DNA of 27,146 nt from an uncultured Deinococcales bacterium (GTDB lineage Bacteria > Deinococcota > Deinococci > Deinococcales > JAAFIG01). The notes under the pieces were generated by a model. That model saw only the letters and a list, made by a program, of their open reading frames with translations, was not told the DNA's origin and did no database searches. Shown here one piece after another: positions 1-8,131 of this stretch. Positions within the stretch are counted from its first letter, which is position 1. Each line of letters begins with the position of its first letter. Where the stretch lies: contig CAXTTL010000037.1 of assembly GCA_964247135.1 (NCBI GenBank), forward strand, positions 1 through 27,146, written 5' to 3'. Position numbers and translations under genes: made by a program.

Positions 1-50
1 GCTGTGGGCGCTTGATCTGGATCGTAGCGGTCTAAACTTGGAGAAGCCAT
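1..50 (-). CDS. 5' start of a further gene of the respiratory operon, truncated by the window edge (MASPSLDRYDPDQAPT...)
   Basis: ATG at 50-48 directly follows the TAA (53-51) of the upstream ORF. RBS-like AAAGGGGG lies just upstream and the frame is open to the edge. Confidence 0.6.
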   Translation of the reverse strand, partial: MASPSLDRYDPDQAPT

Positions 51-368
51 TTACGCCCCCTTTCTGCTGCCCGGACGGGCAATGGTGCTGGCTCGAGTAT
101 CGGACACGAGCGCGGCAGCCAAAGCGGTCAACAGCACGGTGATGCCCATGTAGGCAAAGCCACGGTTCATGGGCATGGTTGGGTCACTCGAGCGCAAAGA
201 AGCAGGCAAGAGGTTGGCGGCGATGTCCTCGATGCTGCGCAAAAGCGCGACCCCAGGAATTGGGGCGTCAGGGTTGGCGTGGGCAAACGCGCCCAAGGTC
301 AGAACGATGAACACCATTCCGAGTCCGACCAGTGCGAGTGCGATGAATCCTTTGATGGCTTGGTTCAC
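51..368 (-). CDS. Small membrane protein (105 aa, about 2 TM helices), probable accessory subunit of the respiratory complex
   Basis: Hydrophobic segments at the N- and C-termini. The GTG start overlaps the upstream TGA (GTGA, 365-368), indicating translational coupling. Confidence 0.7.
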   Translation of the reverse strand: MNQAIKGFIALALVGLGMVFIVLTLGAFAHANPDAPIPGVALLRSIEDIAANLLPASLRSSDPTMPMNRGFAYMGITVLLTALAAALVSDTRASTIARPGSRKGA

Positions 369-673
369 TTGCTTGTCTCCTTTGGCGCTTCTGCTTTTGG
401 TGTTGGTAAAACCGCATCTTTGTCATAACCAAGCAAGCGTTCAAACAGGTGGTTCTTGACTTTCACATTGCCGTTCTTGCGTTCCGTGCCGTACATGATA
501 AAGCCCATGACAGACAGTAAAAACAGCAAAATAATCAGGTAAAACATGATTGAGAATAAACCTGCGGTGGTCGGTAACTTGAAAAATGCCATTAACGCCG
601 CATAACCCCTCGAGAACACCGAGATCGCAGCAAAAAACGTGATACCCGTGAACAACCACATGCTGCCTTTCAT
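365..673 (-). CDS. Small membrane protein (102 aa, 2 TM helices), probable accessory subunit
   Basis: RBS GAGGAG precedes the ATG. Two hydrophobic helices and a charged tail. Lies 26 nt downstream of cytochrome b. Confidence 0.75.
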   Translation of the reverse strand: MKGSMWLFTGITFFAAISVFSRGYAALMAFFKLPTTAGLFSIMFYLIILLFLLSVMGFIMYGTERKNGNVKVKNHLFERLLGYDKDAVLPTPKAEAPKETSK

Positions 674-699
674 TGCGTTCTCCTCATCATCCCTCGAGA

Positions 700-2007
700 T
701 TAGGCTTTATCGGCGGCGATTGCGGCGGTTTGGGCTTTGGCAGCCTCGAGCGCTTTTTGTTCACGACGGTTTCTGGCGCGTTGCACCAAATGCCAGATCG
801 CACCGCCGCCAAGCATGATCATGCTGACCAAGTACACATACGGCGGGTCGCGGTGAATGTCGGCGATGGAGAGGATGATCAAAATGCTGAAGCCCAACCA
901 GGCGACCAGCCCGTAAATGCCGACCAGCGTCCAGAATGGGCGCTTCCAGGGGTTGCGCTCTGGGCTGTAATCCAAAAAGACCACAATGAACGCGATCAGT
1001 GGAATCAGCACGGTTTGCAAGGTGGCGCTGGCTGGCTTCCAGAGTTTCATCATTTGGTACAAGCCCAAGAAGTACCAGTCGGAAAGGATTGGGTTTGGCG
1101 TGACGCTGTAATTGGCGGGCGAACCAGTCTCGACTGGCACAAAAATCGAGATGGCGACCAGAATAATCAAGAACGCCACCACCGAATACCAGGGCAGGTT
1201 GATGCGTGGCACGCGACCCGCACCGCCGACGCCCTTGTCGCCTTTACCTTTGCGGGCAAAATAAGCCTCGACCAAAATAATGGTCAAAATGCTGAGCATA
1301 AAGTGGGCGCTGTAAAAACGCGTTAAGGTTGCAGGACCAATCGAAAGTCCTGAAAGCATGTAATTTGCCATGATGTGACCAATTTGGGCAACGCCCAAGG
1401 TGGCTTTCAGAATTTGTGGAACTATCGGCAAGGCTGCAATGGTCGGAATGTCCTGGAAGTTATCGACAAAAGTTGGGAAGGTCGCAAAGACCTTGGTTGC
1501 CCAGAGCGCACGTTGATTCCAGATCAGCAAGTAACCCGTCAGACCCGAGAACATCGACAGGATCAAGCCAATCACGGTCAAGATGTAGGAAAGTTGATTG
1601 TAAGATTTGAACTCGCCGCGAAAGTACATGCGGTAAATGCGCAGGGTCAACGCCACAATCAAGGCATCCGCGCCGTACTTGTGCAATTGACGCGTCAGGT
1701 AAATGACCCAGCCCGATTGTCCCTCGAGAATGTTTTTGACCGAGAGCCATGACTGGTAAATGGGTCCAGTCGCGTCAGGAACGTAATAGAACATCAAAAC
1801 GGTGCCTGTGACAATAGTGATGTACCAGAACATCAATGCCATACCACCCAGCATGAACCACGGGTCGGTTTTGACTTTCTCCCTCGAGTTCTCGTCGAAC
1901 AGGTCTAGGTTTTTGGCGCTTTTGGTCCACCAGATTGCAATTTTTTGTCCGACGCTTGGACCGGCTTTTTTGGTTGCTGCCGCGCTTGGAATTGTTGGTG
2001 CTGCCAT
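700..2007 (-). CDS. qcrB: Cytochrome b of a Rieske/cyt b complex (unsplit b6+subunit IV, about 8 TM), atypical in lacking the heme bH ligands
   Basis: Motifs LGG...TG..LMFYYVP, RQLHKYGA, TGYLLIWNQ, TLTRFYSAH, PANYSVTPNPILSDWYF (PEWY equivalent) and RNPWKRP. Start placed at ATG 2007 after AAAGGGGG rather than at TTG 2046. Confidence 0.9.
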   Translation of the reverse strand: MAAPTIPSAAATKKAGPSVGQKIAIWWTKSAKNLDLFDENSREKVKTDPWFMLGGMALMFWYITIVTGTVLMFYYVPDATGPIYQSWLSVKNILEGQSGWVIYLTRQLHKYGADALIVALTLRIYRMYFRGEFKSYNQLSYILTVIGLILSMFSGLTGYLLIWNQRALWATKVFATFPTFVDNFQDIPTIAALPIVPQILKATLGVAQIGHIMANYMLSGLSIGPATLTRFYSAHFMLSILTIILVEAYFARKGKGDKGVGGAGRVPRINLPWYSVVAFLIILVAISIFVPVETGSPANYSVTPNPILSDWYFLGLYQMMKLWKPASATLQTVLIPLIAFIVVFLDYSPERNPWKRPFWTLVGIYGLVAWLGFSILIILSIADIHRDPPYVYLVSMIMLGGGAIWHLVQRARNRREQKALEAAKAQTAAIAADKA

Positions 2008-2054
2008 TGGCGATCCCCCTTTAAAATGAGTGTCTTGATTTGTCAATCTCGAGT

Positions 2055-2720
2055 TTAACCGTAACCTTTAATCACCACATTGCCACTCTCAAGCACAAAT
2101 CGAAATGGGAACGGGGTGCGCGGTGCTGGACCAGAAACCACATGACCCACGCGCATCACGCCAGCCACATCTTGGACTTCGACTGGATTGTACACGCTCA
2201 GGTGGCAAGGGCAACTGAACAGTGGGTGTCCTTTTGGACCCGTTTCGCCGCAGTAATTGAAACCGCTACAAACCTCGTCGCCAGTGTGGTACTGAAAAAT
2301 ACAGCCCAAATGGGCGCAGATTCTCGAGACGACCACCATCGAGTATTTTTCGCCTTTGTGATCGGCTTCGCCGTAACCTTCGCGCAAATCGCCGCCGATG
2401 TTGCCAATTTTGGTTGGGTCAAGCACCGGGACTTTGGGAACGCGCAAAATATAACCGGGAATATCGGTTTGTTGCGTGCCTTTGCTCGAGTATTCTGGGG
2501 TGATTTGGGTGAACACAAATTCTTTGACGTCCCACTCTTTGGGAAATTCGTCGAGCGAGGCGGCGATCAAGTCTTTGTTTTGTGGAATTTCGGCGGTGGG
2601 AATCGAGAGTGGTTTGAGGTCGGGCTTTAAAAAGCTTAACAGTGCCGAACCCACACCTCCCAAAACCGCCAGAATTGGAATGGCGGTGATGCCTTTGAGG
2701 ATGGTGCGACGGTCAATCAT
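2055..2720 (-). CDS. qcrA: Rieske [2Fe-2S] protein of the bc-type complex
   Basis: Tat-like DRRTILKG plus TM anchor. Box1 CAHLGC, box2 CPCHLSVY, C-terminal GPAPR. ATGA overlap with the upstream cytochrome c gene. Confidence 0.92.
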   Translation of the reverse strand: MIDRRTILKGITAIPILAVLGGVGSALLSFLKPDLKPLSIPTAEIPQNKDLIAASLDEFPKEWDVKEFVFTQITPEYSSKGTQQTDIPGYILRVPKVPVLDPTKIGNIGGDLREGYGEADHKGEKYSMVVVSRICAHLGCIFQYHTGDEVCSGFNYCGETGPKGHPLFSCPCHLSVYNPVEVQDVAGVMRVGHVVSGPAPRTPFPFRFVLESGNVVIKGYG

Positions 2721-3727
2721 GGCTTGACTCCTTCTGGTGGCTTGACACTGGCAATTGGTGGATCAACACTGTAACTAAACGAACGGATATACGCCACCAC
2801 ATGGTTGATTTCGGCATCGCTGAGTCTGTCCACCCATTGCGGCATTGCCGAACCGTAAATACCATTTTTTAAAGCCGTGCGCAGTTTGTTTTCCGAACGG
2901 TTGAACAAACGCCGTGGCTCGTGAAAATTGGCTGGCGGTGGTTGCAGCATCGCGCCCGAGTGACCCTTGCCCCAACCGTCTGCGCCGTGGCACATGTTGC
3001 AGTTACCAAAAATGCCTCGACCATCTTTTTGCTTGGATTTGTTGGCAATGCTGGTCGGATCAAGCTTGAGCGGCACAGTCTCTTTGAGGTTTGGCTCGAG
3101 CTTGACGTAAAGCGCCATCGCCAAACTCCACAGGGCTTCTTTGTCTAAAGTCACCGGTTGTTGAACTGGCACTGGTTTGCGCTCAACCTTAGCCGTCGCA
3201 GGGTCTTTGACTTCGACAAAGGCGTTCATGGTGACATCCACGGGACTTGGCTCGCTTTTTAAACCGTCTTGCAGTTTCAAAAAGGCTTGGAATGGGCTGT
3301 CGTCCAAGGTTGGCAGCATTGCGGGCGTAATCTTGTCTTTTAAAACATCGAACAACAAATTGCCCAGAACCAAATTTGGATTGCCCACAGGCAGAAGCTT
3401 GACATCTTCGCCCTCGATCCACTTGCCCGCATAAGAGCCGTTCTCGGCAAGCTCGCGTCCGTTGAGGTAATCGGTTTTTTGACCGTCTTCATTGGTACGC
3501 TCGAGCGGATTGACTTTGTACTGCTCTGGGTATTTGGGGTAATTCCATTTGTAAGCCACCTCGTCGGCGGTTACATTTGCCGCGCCAGGCAGTTTAATAT
3601 CACCCTTCAGCGAGACATCGCCGCCAATTTTGCTCGAGTCGGCTTTGATGCTGCACGCCCCCAAAAACAGTGCCAGCGTGATTGAAGTGCTGATTGCAAA
3701 AAATGGCTTCATTAAAACCTGCTTCAT
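2717..3727 (-). CDS. Lipoprotein monoheme cytochrome c (long N-terminal region plus C-terminal class I c domain)
   Basis: Lipobox LFLGA-C. Heme site CNMCH with distal Met in GSAMPQW. ATG 3727 overlaps the upstream TAA (TAATG). Confidence 0.85.
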   Translation of the reverse strand: MKQVLMKPFFAISTSITLALFLGACSIKADSSKIGGDVSLKGDIKLPGAANVTADEVAYKWNYPKYPEQYKVNPLERTNEDGQKTDYLNGRELAENGSYAGKWIEGEDVKLLPVGNPNLVLGNLLFDVLKDKITPAMLPTLDDSPFQAFLKLQDGLKSEPSPVDVTMNAFVEVKDPATAKVERKPVPVQQPVTLDKEALWSLAMALYVKLEPNLKETVPLKLDPTSIANKSKQKDGRGIFGNCNMCHGADGWGKGHSGAMLQPPPANFHEPRRLFNRSENKLRTALKNGIYGSAMPQWVDRLSDAEINHVVAYIRSFSYSVDPPIASVKPPEGVKP

Positions 3728-3924
3728 TAAAACCCCTGTGCCGGAATCCAAGAAATTCCGAGGGCGATAAAAATAATAAACAAAAACACCGCGATAGCCG
3801 AGGCTGGAACGTTGCGTTCGCCCACCCGAATCCCAGCGATTTCGTGGGTGTGATCGCCGTGAATGTCCTGAAAATTGCTGGCGAGTTCAGTTTCGGTTTC
3901 GGTGCTGGGCGTTTCGAGACTCAT
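3727..3924 (-). CDS. 65-aa single-TM protein resembling the N-terminal anchor of CcoP/FixP
   Basis: RBS GGAGG precedes ATG 3924. HEIAGIRVGERNVP followed by a TM helix parallels the CcoP pattern H(E/V)xDGI.E.DNPLP followed by a TM helix. Confidence 0.6.
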   Translation of the reverse strand: MSLETPSTETETELASNFQDIHGDHTHEIAGIRVGERNVPASAIAVFLFIIFIALGISWIPAQGF

Positions 3925-3969
3925 TGGTTCCTCCGATGTGAGCGAGACGCTCGAGATCACTTTATTGGT

Positions 3970-4263
3970 TTAATTTGCTTCTGGCTCTGGGCGTTCGATG
4001 CTTGGGGCACGACCATAGAGAAAATCGTTGTCCGGTTCGATCAAATTAAATTTGACGCGTTCGGCGTTGTGAAATTGACCATCCAAATACGCCCAAAGCG
4101 CCGACAAGACCAGCAGTGAAAAAATCACACCCACCGCAATCAGAACCACCCAAGTGCCTTTGTAATCCAAACCGACCGCCGGCACGTGGTCTGCCAGGGC
4201 ACTCGAGCCGAGCAAAAACACCAGCAATACGATTGATTTTTGAAAACTCGAGCGGTTGATCAT
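3970..4263 (-). CDS. ccoS: CcoS/FixS-like cbb3 oxidase maturation protein with an extra N-terminal signal-like segment
   Basis: A TM helix followed by LWAYLDGQFHN..R...LI matches the CcoS pattern W..KSGQFDD. Starts 3 nt after the ccoO stop. Confidence 0.65.
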   Translation of the reverse strand: MINRSSFQKSIVLLVFLLGSSALADHVPAVGLDYKGTWVVLIAVGVIFSLLVLSALWAYLDGQFHNAERVKFNLIEPDNDFLYGRAPSIERPEPEAN

Positions 4264-4266
4264 GAT

Positions 4267-5184
4267 TTAGTGTCCTTTGGTGGCTTTCGGTGCTCCTGGA
4301 TACTCGCGCTCGACGTTGCCTGGTTGCAAGGTTTTGGCATCGTAATACTTTTCGCGTCCTGGTTTGGCGGTCAAATCTTGATCGGCAGCCAATGATTTGA
4401 GGTATTCGACCACGTACCAGATTTGCTCTTCGTTTAAAGTTTGATCCCAGCGCGGCATACGCGTGCCTGGAACACCTCGAGCGACCTTGTTAAACCAGTG
4501 TCCATCGGTGAAGTCTTTGTAGCGCGGCAAGTGGAAGTTGGCGGCTGGCTTGGGGTAGAACATTTTTGCCAACGGCACATCGGCACGACCCTCGTAACCG
4601 TGGCAGGGGGCGCAGTTTTGGTTGAAGATACCGCGTCCAGAGCCGGCGTTTGCCGCACTGAAAGGCGATTTGAGGTTGCGGTATTTTTCGGGCACATTCA
4701 CATCTTTGGTTTCCCAAGCCCTGGTGTTGCGCGTACCGAGCGACTGAATAAACGCCACCAAATACCGAATGTCGGTGTCGTTCAAGTAACTGTAGCTGGG
4801 CATGAACGAACCAGGCAGGTAGGAACGTGGCGATTTGAGGTGACCGATGTGCCACTCGTCGGGGTAAAGACCGCCCTCGTAAGTTAAATCTGGACCGTTG
4901 CGCAGCGTCCCCAGAAGGTTCACACGGTCATAGGCAAAGTCGCCAGCCTGCGAGGTTGGACCCGTGCCCTCGTCTTGGAAGCGCACAAATTGACTGTGGC
5001 AAACATAGCAGTTCTCGCGTTGGAAAATCGCGCGACCCTTTAATTCCATTGCCGTGTATGGACGCAAACCTGGGGTGGGTTCTGGGTTAAAACTTGCCGC
5101 CGGAACAATCACCACCAATGAGGTCACGCCGCAAACGAGCAGCAGGAAAGCCAGTCCAATAATAAAATTTCTTGCATTCAACAT
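4267..5184 (-). CDS. ccoO: cbb3-type oxidase subunit II fused to a second cytochrome c domain (diheme)
   Basis: The CcoO part has LRPYT..EL.GR.IF.RENCYVCHSQFVR, GTLRNGPDL and SFMPSY. The second domain has CAPCH and GTRMPRW. RBS AAAGGAGG. Confidence 0.9.
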   Translation of the reverse strand: MLNARNFIIGLAFLLLVCGVTSLVVIVPAASFNPEPTPGLRPYTAMELKGRAIFQRENCYVCHSQFVRFQDEGTGPTSQAGDFAYDRVNLLGTLRNGPDLTYEGGLYPDEWHIGHLKSPRSYLPGSFMPSYSYLNDTDIRYLVAFIQSLGTRNTRAWETKDVNVPEKYRNLKSPFSAANAGSGRGIFNQNCAPCHGYEGRADVPLAKMFYPKPAANFHLPRYKDFTDGHWFNKVARGVPGTRMPRWDQTLNEEQIWYVVEYLKSLAADQDLTAKPGREKYYDAKTLQPGNVEREYPGAPKATKGH

Positions 5185-5201
5185 CTTCTGACCTCCTTTG
5201 T

Positions 5202-6635
5202 TTAATCGTCTGCCGCAGCAGCAGTTAGGGCGGGGGCGACGCTCGAGCCTCGAGAGACTTCTTGGCGCCTGGCAGAACGCACGGTTTGCACGGCGTTATA
5301 GGCGAAAATATAAACGCCGAAAATCATCACCGTGGCAGCCATCCAACGCACCATGACAAACGGTTTTAAGAAGGGCACGGTTTGTTGGACATTGATGCCC
5401 ATGTTCCAACTGGCGGCTTGAATAAAGCCCATGGTGGTCCAGGTGATAAAGAACATGATAAAACCGACCGAGAAGGTCCAAAAGTGAACCACGACCAGTT
5501 TTTTGGAGTACCACTCGACTTTGTAAAGGCGCGGCACGGTGTAATAAATTGCCGAGAACAGCACCATGCTAAAACCGCCAAGCATTGCCAAGTGCGCGTG
5601 GGCACTGACGATGCCCGTGAAGTGCTGATACCAGTTGATGCTGCGAACAGCCTGCAAAGAACCCTGAAAGCTGGCAAGGGCGTACATGATCCAACCGAAG
5701 GTCATGAAACGAAGCGGTAAATTCCAAGCCAGGTTGTCCCAACGCCCTTGGGTGGACAAGAAGAAATTTGCGCTGGCAGAGTACACCGGAATGCTCATTA
5801 AAACGCTCGAGCCGATGGCGAAGGCTTTTAGCCATTCTGGGACGGGCGACTGAATAATATGGTGCGCCCCGATGCCGGTGTAAAAGGCAAAGTTGCCCCA
5901 GAAGCCGATGAGTGAAAGTTTGTGCGAAAAGATTGGGTTGCCAGGTTCGCCTTTTTTACCGACCGTTAATTTGGGCAGCAAAAAGTAAATGATGCCGATG
6001 CCCATGGTCGTGATCCAAAGCCCGAGCACGTCGTGGGCGTAAAACCAGTTGGCGATGGCGTCGTTTAAGCCGTCCAAGGGTACGAAGGTGCGGTTGCCGA
6101 CAATCCAAACCATGCTCATGCCGATAAACGAACCCATCCAGTACCAGACCGAAACATAAAGTTGCGGTTCGGTGCGGCGGGCGACGGTCATGAAAACATT
6201 GACGGCGCTTAAGACCAGCAAGATCAGCATGAACCAATCCATTGGCGGAATCAACTCTGCCCATTCACGACCCTCAGAAAAACCGTTTAAAAGCGTGAGC
6301 GGAATCAATGCGGCAAAAATATTCCAGAGCCAGCCCGTCATGGTGCCCAGACGTTCAGAATAGAGCGGGGCTTTCACCAGGCGCGGCAGCATGTAAAAGC
6401 AAGCGCCGATGCTCGCCATCGACACCCAAGACATGACCACCGTGTTGACGTGCGAGGGACGAATGCGGCTAAAAGACAACCACGGCACACCCTTGGTGAT
6501 GTCAGGAAACATAAACTGCGTTGCCATGAACACACCAAATGTCATGCCAATCACGCCCCAGACGATGGCAGAAGTCAACCACAACTTCGCGCTCGAATCG
6601 GGAGTGTCCGGAAAGAACCGATCTAATAACGTCAT
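5202..6635 (-). CDS. ccoN: C-family (cbb3-type) heme-copper oxidase subunit I
   Basis: RIRPSHVN (heme b His), GREWAE, LYVSVWY, WFYAHDVLG (CuB His), FYTGIGAHH (helix VII Tyr plus CuB His pair), FQGS, AHAH (b3/b ligands). About 12 TM helices. Confidence 0.93.
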   Translation of the reverse strand: MTLLDRFFPDTPDSSAKLWLTSAIVWGVIGMTFGVFMATQFMFPDITKGVPWLSFSRIRPSHVNTVVMSWVSMASIGACFYMLPRLVKAPLYSERLGTMTGWLWNIFAALIPLTLLNGFSEGREWAELIPPMDWFMLILLVLSAVNVFMTVARRTEPQLYVSVWYWMGSFIGMSMVWIVGNRTFVPLDGLNDAIANWFYAHDVLGLWITTMGIGIIYFLLPKLTVGKKGEPGNPIFSHKLSLIGFWGNFAFYTGIGAHHIIQSPVPEWLKAFAIGSSVLMSIPVYSASANFFLSTQGRWDNLAWNLPLRFMTFGWIMYALASFQGSLQAVRSINWYQHFTGIVSAHAHLAMLGGFSMVLFSAIYYTVPRLYKVEWYSKKLVVVHFWTFSVGFIMFFITWTTMGFIQAASWNMGINVQQTVPFLKPFVMVRWMAATVMIFGVYIFAYNAVQTVRSARRQEVSRGSSVAPALTAAAADD

Positions 6636-6907
6636 CCCATCACCCCAAACCTCTCAAGAATCACAAGCTGAACAACCTCGAGCGAAAACAATTGAAATTG
6701 AAACAAATCTGTCATGTCACGCTCCCTCAAAACCCCCCTGATAATTTCACTGGAACTTCACGACCTCGAGTTACACGAGATGCAAGATAGATTCCCCACA
6801 ATACCCAAATACATCCCGCGAATGCGACTGAGAATTGTCCCAAGCGAACTCGAGACATGGGGCAATTTTTACATATTTCAGGGCGAATCGCAAAACCCAG
6901 ACCAATT

Positions 6908-7921
6908 TTATTTTGAACCCAGCGTATCATTGCGCTTTAAGAACTTCTCGAACAAGCCAGGTTTTCGGGGTTTCAAGGCTTTGGGTTCCAAGCCCAGCGC
7001 TTCGCGCAGAGCTGGAATGATTTTGCGGGTTTGTTCCATGCCAACCTCGAACAGCTCGCGGCTAAGCTCAAAATCAAACACGCCCGAAGGCACCTCCTGA
7101 CCGACATGCAAGACCATGTCCGCCTGATTCATGTGATAACGCTCGAGGTGGTCGCGGCTGATGCTGGCAGCCCGCAAGATCACCTCGATGGCGGTTTTGG
7201 GGACAGTCGTGGGCGCATCGAAGCCAACATCGACCGCCAATACAAACGCGTCCGTCAGCAAGTCCCGCGCCACACTGACCGGAACGTTGTTGACCACGTG
7301 CCCATCTGCCAAATGACGACCATTTAACAAGACCGGCGGGAAAACACCAGGGATCGCGCAGGAGGCGATGGCAGACTCGAGCAACAAACCCGTCTTTAAA
7401 ACCACCTCTTCGCCGGCGATCAAATCGGTGGCGACAAACGCCAACGCCAGGTTTAAATCTTCAAAACGCACGCCGCCCACCAGCGGCTGCAAACTCTGAC
7501 GGAGCGGCTCGAGGCTGGCAATCCCAGGACCGGACACGCCAGATAAAATCACTTTTTGCCAACCCGAGAGCGTTTTTAAGGCGTCAATCAAATCAAAACC
7601 CTTGCTGGGCTTGTTCGACAAGACCTGACGCAAATGCGCGTAGCCGCTCGAGCCGATGGCTTCGATCAGGCGGTAAATCTCGGTTCTCGAGCGCGACTCA
7701 AAGGCATTGGTTTGCGTGCCTGGGGCTTCGTCCTCGCGTCTGAAACCTGCCGTCTCGAGCGCGAACAACATGCCAGCCAAAGCGCCCGAGCTGCTGCCCG
7801 CGATGGCGCCGACTTCGATATCGGCTTGTTGCAATGCCCGCAAGACCCCCAAATGCGCCGCGCCGCGCACACCGCCACCACCCAAAGCCAAAGCCAATTT
7901 GCGCCCACGTTGATCCTTCAT
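6908..7921 (-). CDS. Patatin-like phospholipase
   Basis: GGGGVRG oxyanion loop, GSSSG nucleophile elbow, ASCAIPGVFPP, and DGH in place of DGG. Leaderless start with TAGGGT at 7933-7928. Confidence 0.9.
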   Translation of the reverse strand: MKDQRGRKLALALGGGGVRGAAHLGVLRALQQADIEVGAIAGSSSGALAGMLFALETAGFRREDEAPGTQTNAFESRSRTEIYRLIEAIGSSGYAHLRQVLSNKPSKGFDLIDALKTLSGWQKVILSGVSGPGIASLEPLRQSLQPLVGGVRFEDLNLALAFVATDLIAGEEVVLKTGLLLESAIASCAIPGVFPPVLLNGRHLADGHVVNNVPVSVARDLLTDAFVLAVDVGFDAPTTVPKTAIEVILRAASISRDHLERYHMNQADMVLHVGQEVPSGVFDFELSRELFEVGMEQTRKIIPALREALGLEPKALKPRKPGLFEKFLKRNDTLGSK

Positions 7922-8131
7922 GCCTTCACCCTACTCAGATTGGTGCTCTGGTATCAAGTTTAAGCTGGCTGCGAAATGATCTTTGGCAATTGCAAAGACA
8001 TCGGTCAGCCTCAATATTTTGCGGGCAGAACACCCCACAAAAGACCTTGCGAGACGCAATACAAATGACTTGTCGAGTTTAAAACCTGTTTTGTGCGCCA
8101 AATTGCGATCTGAAATGCTAAGATGAGGTTC

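Noticed and set aside
5202-6635. Nitric oxide reductase (NorB) instead of a cbb3 oxidase
   Set aside because: It lacks the helix VI HLWVE glutamate, keeps the helix VII Tyr, and neighbours CcoO- and CcoS-type genes.
6636-6907. FNR, CRP or Rex box upstream of ccoN
   Set aside because: Only half-sites are visible (TCACAA near 6661, TGTCATGTCAC near 6710). No properly spaced palindrome.
6714-7100. 128-aa plus-strand ORF in the ccoN upstream region (likewise 22659-22925)
   Set aside because: No RBS or motif. Each overlaps a real gene end and probable regulatory DNA.
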